Assembly: GCA_964035545.1 (NCBI GenBank) | Contig: OZ037771.1 | Location: 14,011,133-14,075,132 of the forward strand | Direction: 5' to 3' | Length of the DNA stretch: 64,000 bases | Source of the DNA: Bugula neritina | Taxonomy: Eukaryota; Animalia; Bryozoa | Shown here: in pieces, positions 53,832 through 64,000 of the stretch | Position numbering within the stretch: position 1 is the stretch's first letter | Layout: each line of letters opens with the position of its first letter | Translations under genes and position numbers: made by a program | The notes under the pieces: model-generated | What the model was told of the DNA's origin: nothing | Databases searched by the model: none | The model's input: the letters and a program-made list of their open reading frames with translations, nothing else

Positions 53832-54939
53832 CTGAAAAATTAAATAATAATATCATACTTACAATTCTTATCTGTTCCCTTACATTCAAAAAAGCAAAAA
53901 TGAGACACTGTGCTTTCAACGGTCACTTAACAAATAAATAGTCTAGCTAGACTGAGCATTTAACAGCAGAACAAGCTACACACGCACGCACCGAACTGTT
54001 TGAACATCCAACTCACAAACAGATGAGAGCTAAGATATTATAAATAATTATTGCATTAGTGTATAAATTGTGTCAGAGAATTTTTAAATATTAGGAATAG
54101 ACACAAATTGATGTAAAATCAAGCAAGCAAACTAAACGTAGTATTTTAATAAATATGTACAATGCACTTACTTCTTTCACGCAGTTTCAATCTTTATTTT
54201 TCAAGTTTCAACTGCAGCAACATTTCTGATGTTATTTTCTGCCATACTCTTTTCAGTCGATGTCTCAAGTTGTGACAAGCACAGGGAATAGCTATAGCCT
54301 ATTTATCATTATTCAGAGTCTATAAGAAATCATTCCAAACAGATAAATTTTAAGTTATAGCCAGCAGCTCATATGAACAGAGTTGTCACTGTGAACATTT
54401 TAATAATGATTATGTTATTTATATTCTTATTGAGCTTAACTATCCCCATAAGTACATCTAGTATCACTGCAAAACTCTCTTTTAAAATAACTTTAACATA
54501 GCATTAACAAAATAATGTAAAATGGCAAAAGTAGTTTAAAAACTACTTCGGATAAGAAATTTAATTAATCTAATATTGCTTTTCTATTTCGATTGGAACT
54601 TATCGCAGCAAACGAACCAAGCAAACTTTGTGGTATGGATATAAATGCTGTTAAACAAAAGCCATGATTTTCAATAAATCGGCACCACATTTAAAATCAA
54701 CACGACCCTAGAATCTAGATGCTACATCAGTACAACAGACAATAAAAATGGTAAATCTTGGGAGCGTTAAAAACTGATATTGGATGGTAAATGTGAACGA
54801 AAAATCAAGAGAAGAATTGAAATTCCGAAAAATGTTTTCCAGAATATTTCTCAAGTATATTGACATTAAGAAAACGAAAATACAAACACAAAAGATAATA
54901 TTACTTCCATGCTTTGTGTGCAGTCAACACTACTATATA

Positions 54940-55320
54940 AATGTAAAAGATAGTCACCACTTAAATCAACAATTAAAAGATTAGAAGTTTTTGGAATGTG
55001 GCCATATAAAAGAATGGTGAGAGCATCTTGGACAGAATATAAAACTGATGAAGGGATATTAAACATGGCAAATACAAAAAGATTATTAATGAAATATATT
55101 TTAAAACAAAATTGCCGATATTTTCAATATATTCAAAGAACTACACTAGAAGCAGAGATTGAATGAAAGAGATGAAGAGGCCAGCCTAAAGTTATATGGA
55201 TGGACAATTTCAAAGACTGGACTAAGATTAGCAACAGATACTGTTTACGAATGGCATGAGAAATATCCAAATAGAGATTCATGACAGTCAATCTGCGACT
55301 AGTGGATGACATATGATGAA
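54940..55320 (+). mobile_element. RTE-clade LINE, 3'-terminal fragment
   Basis: IKRLEVFGMWPYKRMVRASWTEYKTDEGIL...KR*RGQPKVIWMDNFKDWT...MTVNLR, ending in TGATGA. Absent from copy 1 at ~21270. Confidence 0.85.
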
Positions 55321-56959
55321 CCAACTCAGTTAGACTCAGAAAAAGTTGAAAACGGGTAGAAATAACGTAATACTAAAAGTCCCACTGCGGCCTCTTGCAA
55401 TTTAACAAATGCAAAAAATTCTTCCCCATATAACAAGCAGATATCATTAATTATTAATCAGTAAGACATCTACTAAGCATAGACTTCCAAGGTTTCATAG
55501 TTGATTGTAAGAACAAGGTTGGTAAAGGTTTTTGAGTATTACAATAAAGATAAAAATCAACCCTTAGTGTTTTAGGGTAAATGAGCAAAAATTCTGCTTA
55601 GGAAACAGCAGCTGGTCTTGAGTCTTAAGAAAGTGGAGCAAAACTTATGATGTTGACGGCTATCATTATTTATGCTATATCAGATGTATATCATACTAAT
55701 AAAACTATAACCGTAAATGTAAAAAATATATTTCATATGGGAGAGTACTCACTCAAAATGGCTTATTCATTTGAAATTGCAAATAACACTCATAAGTAAC
55801 AAAACATATACCAATATAAGAACAGTCACTATAAGACAATGAGTATCATATAGGCTACCACAAAAACTAAAAGCATCTACACTTGTGATACATTTAGTAC
55901 TAAAGCACTTGCATACCTACAGTAGCAGTCTGTTGTCAATAATGATTCTCACAGTTCCCAATCCAAAGTACACTTTGCAGTTATTATAATTGACATAATA
56001 ATCAGTAATGATAATTGCAATATTATTATTAATGTAAATCATGATAATATTGAAAATAACTACAACCATGAGTATCTTAATTATGATTTTAAAAAAATTA
56101 GAATTATTATAAATGTGAGTCTTTGAGGTATCGCTAGTAAATGCTATAGGTATATTTTTTACTTATGTTTATTGTATTAGAAAAATAGTACTACCAGTAT
56201 CAGTATTACTATCACATTGAAGTATGAGTATGACCAAAATGAATTACTTATTTACTATACTAAAAATGCGTAATCATACTGTACAACTTTAAATTTTAGC
56301 TGCATACATAGAAACCTAAGTGATAACAATAATGCTATAAGTGTTATTACTATAGTTACTGACTCACTCAGTAGCTGAGTACGGAGTAGTACAAATTTAA
56401 AAATAGTAACATTTGGTAATACAAATGATACAGTAATACTAATAGTATTAGTAATAGTAAAACTGAAAGTATTAAAAAACTATCTAATTCTATGTGTTTA
56501 TAAGAAAACTTACAACATAAAATATGAATATTTAATATAAATAAATGGGTGCAGGTCATTCCGTACACACATGATAGGTCGGTGTCATCCCACATGAACG
56601 CTTTCCAGTTAGTCGCGATTTATTTATATTGGTACAATATATATTTTATGTGCCATTTGTTTGAATATTATTTAAATATATGTATGTACTCAAATAAAGC
56701 AGGCATTGAGCACATAAATAAATCTCGTTGATTTGCATTAACATATTTATTTTACACATTTTTTGCTTCTTGTTTGAACAGATATTTTATTGATGAATAT
56801 TCATTAATTAAAGATAATGTTTATTAATAATATATTACTGCTTTTTGTCCCACACAAATCTATGAAAATTAGAGTATTATTCCAGATAATTCATGTTAGC
56901 TAATATAGCTATTAGCATTTTAGCTATTTAGCAATCAATACAACAGTTATATAGGTATA

Positions 56960-59776
56960 CATGGCCCATCTCAAAATATTTAGTACACACAGAAAAAAAT
57001 TATCAAAAAATAAAACTTGTAGTAGAAAGCTCAAACTTTGTGATAAGGGTAATTATTAGGTGCTGAATTCAAATATGAAATTATTTTTTTGCTATAGGTG
57101 CTTAAACTTGACCTTTAACCTCTCAAAAGTCCGCAGTCCAAAAAAATGGTGAAATATAAATGTTTATATTTTAATAAGCAAAACATGGTTTTAGACTAAT
57201 ATAAGGGCTTTGAATTCAAAAATAATACTAGTTTTTATCTGTGATAGACACATTTATACCTTTGGCTCTATAAAGTCAACACCCAAAAAAAATTTATTAA
57301 AAATATTGCAGCATAAAGAGACAAAAGTTTTATGATTGGCTTTAAACAGAATGACTTTATTTTGGAAAATAATTTTCTACAGACTAAACTTTTAAAATTG
57401 ACAGCATATGCATACAGCAGGTGCCTTTCCAAACCACCTATGAGGTAGGCTAATAACTTGTTACTTTTTTGTATAAATTGACAGTTCACCAGTAGTCCTA
57501 TTATATCGAGTACAAGACATTCACACAAACAAAATGCATGCACAAAACATAAAATATTGTCAACAAACCATGAAATACATATTCACTAACACACTTCCTT
57601 CTACCTTATCTAAACTCACATCTCCTCCTACAAAAAACAGTAAGACAAATTATAGAATGTTTGCTAATGTTGATGTACACATTTAAACTTTCATCATTAT
57701 TTCACAAGTAGCAGTTGCAGAAACCATGTGAGCTTGAGCTGATGTTATTGCAGCCCTCTCAATATTTTGCTAGTTGTAGGAGTAGATTGTTTAGTCTACA
57801 TTTCTATTGTACTGGCTTCATCGTAATATTTATCTAAACTTAATTAAGCTGAATATTTCAAGTATGATTTTTATTTTAGTCGCTCTTCTGAACTTTCAAT
57901 TTGTCTATACTTGTTCAGATGTTGACATACCCCTCAGTTGTTGCTTCTTTCTCTCTTGCTGCTCTTCAGACCACTGCTTTTTTCTGATGAAGCATGGCTC
58001 CTAGCAGTGGACTGTTGCCTGGTCTTGAAAGGCATGGAACTATTCTATACAATATAAAAACTAAAATATATGAGTTTTTTAGTTTGGTAAGCTATTGAGA
58101 CTAATGCTTAGAAGAATGAGGGTTAGCTATAATCTAAGTTATTGGCTATTAATAACTTAATGAATAAGATAATGAAACTAAGTAGTTGCAAAACAAGAGC
58201 TAGCCTTCAGAATAAAGTTGTATTTAAATTGACTATTAGTGTTACAAGCTATTACACTATTGACAAGTTGTTAGCAATGATTAATTTGCTTAAGTACCCG
58301 TAGCGTACATGTCCGTAGTATAACTTACTCATTCAACTTAAACCTAAGGAGCTAATCCAAATCACTATTATGTACTAAGTAGATATATTAACATATTAAT
58401 ATTATTGCAACTTATTCTTAAATTTCTAATTGAATTAAATTTATCAAGTGCAAACTATAAAAAGTGCCAATAAGCAGGGATCAAGCACTCAGAGTGAGAG
58501 TAGTAAGAGTAAGAGTAATCACTTAATGCTTATGTTATTAAGAAAAGTAATACTAATAGTATTAGTATTGGTAATATCATATTGAGTTCAATATCATTAC
58601 ACTTACAGTTTGAATTTACACATCGCAGTTTACAATATTCAGTATTGACTATTGAATTCAAAATGAATCATTAAATGGTGAATGGCTACTACAATTTCAA
58701 TTTGAATTTTAAGTTGCTGATCGCAACAATAAAAGTTTTAGTTGAATATAAATTATGGCAATTTAAAACTAAAGTCTAAATACGCAAGTGCAAATTAAAC
58801 TTAATGCATTAAAAAGTTATTTACTTAGTTATTTAGTTCTTATTTCCCCATTATCATTCATTTTAAATTATTAATAATACATTAATTATTAATAGAAATG
58901 TTATGATAAACTTAAAGAGTTACTCGTTATCGTTATGATTGGGATTATCATTGTAAGAATTGATAAAACAAAAGAATAAAGCCTTAGAGAAAAATTGACT
59001 GAAAGTTATATTGTTTGATAAATATAAAAAGTTATGAGAAGTTTGGAAAAATACAATTAATACTAACCTGACGAAATAAATGAAAACTAAACCGCTATGC
59101 CATCAGATTATTTTCTTGGCAACAAACCGGATGCGCTACTATACTCTAAATTCTAGAAGTTTCAAGATGACTTTATTTATGAAAACAAAATTAGATTACT
59201 GTGTAATTATTTTATACTTATGAATAAACAAAATAAAAATATATTTCTTGTTGTAAAAAATGGGTTTGAGCAAAATAATAAAATTTAACTATTTTATTTG
59301 AGAGTGTAAACAGAAAGCGTTAGCAATTTCGTTCTCACGTGCTCATACTCAATTTACGGACAATTGTTGCGGACAAAAAATTCGTGAGGTTGAAACACTA
59401 AAACAGGAATATCTAAACTTGTACTGCTAGGAATTAGACATTCAGCACACCAAGAGATTGACAAGTTTTTCTAGAACAGTTTAAGAAAAAAAATATAAAC
59501 ATAATATATATTTATAAAAAAATTATGCTATGTCAAAGTTGAAATGTGTTACCCACTGAATTTATTTTTCAGTGGGTAAAATTTATAAACTTGTCATTTT
59601 TTCAATAAAAAATGCATAATATAGCTTAAATATACTAATTTTATAATAAATTAAAATGTTTTTTATTCTGGGACACAGTGAGTTCACATATTTGAAGCAT
59701 CAGAGAGCTAGACAACATCATTTTTGAAAACCTGTCCTTATTTTGCACTGTACTAATTATTTTGAGATGAGCCACA
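56960..59776. mobile_element. TA-flanked TIR DNA transposon derivative (Tc1/mariner-like), non-autonomous
   Basis: TA|CATGGCCCATCTCAAAATATTTAGTACA versus the reverse complement of the right end TA|TGTGGCTCATCTCAAAATAATTAGTACA (24/28). No recognisable transposase. Confidence 0.65.
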
Positions 59777-60399
59777 TATATTTATATATATAAGTATATT
59801 ACTAGATAATTATATAGCACTAAAATAAAAAATAGCTTCTAACTGGGAATCATTCAAGTGGGAAATTTAGCCTATCATCTAACTGCGATGCAACCGATAG
59901 GTCGTTTTGCACACATCAATATAAATTAACCAAAATACATATTTTTAAATTTTTTTATTATTAATTGATGTAGGAGACTACGAGCCATACAGTACTTGTC
60001 ACAAGTAACTTGAACATTTCATAATAGATGATAGATTAATATACACCACTGATCAAAATTAAACCAAAAAATAGTACTAGTAGTGTGTTCAATTAAAACA
60101 AAGATTACCTTATTTATCATAATCGTTACAGATAAATTAATGTAAAATATTGATCAATAAGTAACATGGGAAGTGTTATAGATACATGCTTAGATGCAAT
60201 AAATAAGGAAACTAGTATCATTCAATTGGTTATCCAACGAATTAATCCATTTTCTATAAATTGCGTACGAAATAGACGACAGTTTGTGTAAAAAGCAGCA
60301 TATATTGATAATGGTAATAATGATTGGTAACCACGTGCGTTATAATTATATTGATAAATTGACATCCGAAAATATAATAATATTATTATATTGATTATA

Positions 60400-62300
60400 T
60401 TTATAGAATTATAACCAAGAATATTAAGTAGTACTATCAGGCATCAGCATCATTATGATTATCAATATAACTTATAGTTATAATCATAGGGCAAGAACGA
60501 CAGCCACCTTAACCACAACAACCTGACCACAAATCTAATAGTTAGCACAAGGCAGATGAGTAATGCCTACTGATGTATGTCACCCAAACATAAATAGGAA
60601 GTTGATGAGGTCAATAGTTATTTATAGTGGGCAACACACAACTAGTTACAGTGATAATCTAAATCATAATGAATTTATGATGATGAATTGAAATAAAAAA
60701 TACAATATCATTATCAATTTCTGTGAATTTGAATATCACCATCACCGTGAACTTGTTTATCATTATCACCATGACTATGAGTATGACTATGAGTATCAGT
60801 ATGACTACAAAACTAATTAGTTATTTGTTAATTAGTCTATTAATATAAATATCACTATCAGTATCACTGTGAGTGTGACTGTGAGTATCAGTACGATTCA
60901 GATTGTGATAGTTATAGTGACACTGACTGTGACAAGCATACAACTGTTTACGTTTCACTTTCGGTATGTAATCATTCATACTCATACTGATACTCGAAGT
61001 CAGTTAATATTCAAATTGACATAGTTTAACTTTAGGTTTAAGCGATATTCATATTGAGTTATTTATACTCATATTGAATTTGATATTTATATTTTATATA
61101 ATACAGATATTGATAATGATATGGCATGTGCTAAGCCTAATGCTGAGTAATGCATATTGATATTCTGATATTGAATTTGATATGCATATTGATATTCATA
61201 TTGGATTTGATGTATTGCAAAAACAATTGTCATGGCTTTCAGCCATCAATACGTCGCTTTTAAACTAATAATTATAAAGATTAAATTAAATAAGAATTTC
61301 ATTAAGATTTCAAGTAAAAAACTTAAATTAAACTAAACTAAATCAAATTAGTTGGAGTGATGGAGTGAGCGTCAGATTTTAAGCACTAGGGAATTGCTAT
61401 AAGCAGCACGAAATAGGTGTCGTTAAATGCTGAGCTGTGCAAATTCCAGACGCCAACTAACGAACTTTCGACTACTGCACTCAGTGACTGCATGTATGTA
61501 TTTTGTGCTGCGTCAAGCGTTGTTCAAATAACAAAAGTGACTTGCTTCACTGTCCCATATTTTGGCCAATAAAGCTCTTCAGTGCAAAGTCAAGGGTCAT
61601 CATAGGGTCGCAAAGTAGATCGTAGTAAATCGTACTCACCGACAACTGATAATAAGAAATCTCAAACTCTACCAAATTTAATAGTTGTATATAAATTTCT
61701 AATCAACTCCAGGTTTATTCCCTGCAAATCGTCAAACGAAATTAAATTGAAATTGGAACTGGTTTGAAATTACCAGATCTTGTGCTGTAGTAGTACTAGT
61801 GTAATGATTTAAATTATCAAATATGGAAAGATTTAGATTATTCGTTATCAGTATCACTCAATCTCATCACATCACTCATCACCATCACTATGACAATGAT
61901 AATCATATTGATTCATGATTATGATAATCATAATTATTAGTTATTTTTTTAACTTTATAATCGTATGGATAATGATAATTATAATGAGTTTATACTTACA
62001 GTTTGCACTCATACTGATAGTGATACTCATGGTCATACTCATACTGATACATTAACTCATAGTATCAGACATCAGTGATACATATACTTATAGTTATAGT
62101 ATACTCATAGACTTACAGTTAGAGTGATAGTGATACTCATACTGAATCTGGTACTCATAATCATACTGATAGCAGGGTTAGGGTCAATTATATATGAATG
62201 TAATTAATTACAATTACAAGATAATTTGTCAATTACATTTATAATTACCGTTGAAATAAATGTGAATAATTATAATTACTGCTGCTGCCTACTATGCTCA
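60400..62300. repeat. Hexamer-periodic low-complexity tracts flanking a CpG-containing block (61250-61790)
   Basis: ACTATG/AGTATG/ACTCAT periodicity at 60700-61220 and 61850-62300. Confidence 0.6.
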
Positions 62301-64000
62301 GTTATAACTTACAGTTATGTGTCACCTAATATAAACATGTGTAAAACTCATGCAGGCACTTTGTTTTTAGACTATTATTAGTGCTATAATATCTTTTACT
62401 ATGTTTAATAACTTTAGAAATAAGTCAAAGAAAGAAACTAACTGAAAAAAGTAAGTAGGCGTCATAGGGTCTCAACAACCACCATGTTTTAATATTGTGA
62501 ATAAAATGTAACTGCAGGTGAATAACAATTCCAATTGTAATTTGATGTACTCACATTATTTTAATTCTAATTTTAATTGTTATAACATATGGAGTTAAAT
62601 TTAAATAATTTTGCCTCAATTTAATAAACAGCCATAGGAATATTCTAGCTCAGTTTATATTACCTAATAGTAAAGTAACTTATTGCAGTTCTTATACTTA
62701 TTCATTTTTCCCTAATCAATTTTTGACTTGGACAATGTTTAAAAGTAGGCTAGGACTATGTCTGATTTCAGTCACCTAATTGGATTGATGCTCATAGCAT
62801 TTACAATGCTAATATGCATATAGTTACATATATTAATTTGTGAAAAGTGGTTGGTTGGGTGAAATTAAATAAACTACTAGTGATTTCATTTAGCTGTGCA
62901 TTTACTATTCGAATAATTTAGTTTTGTTTGCTTAACATTGTGTCGCCCCTTTCTTGATTTGTACCTGTTGTGCTGCTTTTGAACCATCTTGCTGCAGCAT
63001 ATTATGTTGATTATGTGTAGTATCCACATCTAATTTTAATGAGTAATTTACAAGGTATCTCACGATATTTATTTGTCAGCTTTATGAATCTCTTTTAATG
63101 GTGTTATACAGAACTGACAATTGATTCAGGCTGTTATAGTGGGTTTGCTAGTTGCTGTAGTTAGAATTGTTGAGAGAAACTCCATTCTAACATTGCCTAA
63201 AAGTCTCCTACTGCCTTAGGTTTTTATTTCATGTGAAAACCAGTAGTTTACTAGTGCAAGTGTGTGTATGTGCATGCATATAACTATGTAAATGAAGCAC
63301 CATCATGGTTCTATAGTCAATGAGACTCAAGTTGTATGATGATACAGTTAGGAAGTAGTAGATAGTAGGAAGCCTATTTTCAACTTCAGTACAGTTGCGT
63401 TTATTAAATAATTACCTATAGTTTCTCCAAAATTATATGCAGTAAAATTATTAAAGTAATGATTTTATCTCTCATCATTCGGTGCTGCCTATTATCCATG
63501 TCATTATTTTGTCATCTAGTGGGGCAAGGTTAGATAACTTCAAATTAGTTACATTAAAATTGCTTTTAATAACGCTTTTTATCAGCATGCATTTTTGTTG
63601 TTATTTGGTACTTTCATATTAAAATAGTTGTGGAAAATATGACAGTATTAAAACGTATTGCTGTGATGCTTTATCTAAGCTATTGTTGTGGGCCATATTT
63701 TGTATATATCGGTTGTGTCAACCCAAAATAAATGGCTGTCTTGAAATTATTGGCAATTATAAACATATCTTTTGCAATGTACAGTTCGTTTAGTTTATAG
63801 TAAAATTAAAATACATAGTTTTAAGGTATCACGATTTTAATTAAATTCCAATTAAAATAGTTTGACTTGTGTGCACTATTTAAAAGACAGACAACTCCCA
63901 CTTGACATGCAAGAATGCTTGATTTTAAAACCTCCTGTTTCAATTAAGAATTGGCCAACAAAAGTGTTAGTGGTCGTAATTATACACTGAAAGTAGAAAG

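Larger units (their letters stand above)
43048..55970 (-). mobile_element. Second Zisupton/KDZ-type element (copy 2), inverted; far end not found, probably extends past 55970 or out of the window
   Basis: Starts CAGTATATCTATT, the reverse complement of the copy-1 end. 43150-43530 is homologous to 30470-30835, and 47480-55970 is colinear in reverse with 20690-29330. The predicted TSD GGTATAAA (43040-43047) has no partner found in the window. Confidence 0.85.

Noticed and set aside
20690-55970. One giant element with 9-kb TIRs, or a segmental inverted duplication
   Set aside because: Copy 1 has its own two ends and TSD, and copy 2 begins at a matching terminus in a different target site, so they are two insertions.

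Overview
AT-rich eukaryotic DNA, probably an invertebrate animal (spliceosomal introns, animal-type transposons), dominated by nested mobile DNA. The backbone is a tandem array of composite 1.5-2.3 kb repeat units running from about 1.2 kb to 43 kb, with a strongly conserved ~150 bp junction, inverted C-rich/G-rich arms and Helentron/DINE-1-like ends. Four things interrupt it. (i) A 4.9 kb hAT-type element (7644-12578) containing a P-element derivative (7915-11129, 8-bp TSD, spliced THAP9-like transposase remnants). (ii) A 17 kb Zisupton/KDZ-type element (13984-30964, perfect 8-bp TSD GCAAATTT, decayed multi-exon KDZ transposase). (iii) An apparently intact 7-exon gene for a ~512 aa secreted NHL-repeat beta-propeller protein (36410-40595), lying inside one repeat unit. 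(iv) A second, diverged, inverted Zisupton-type element starting at 43048, whose far end was not found. RTE LINE fragments, MITEs, a TA-flanked TIR element, tRNA-like Pol III remnants, palindromes and microsatellites are also present. Family assignments come from motifs recognised by eye; no searches were run.
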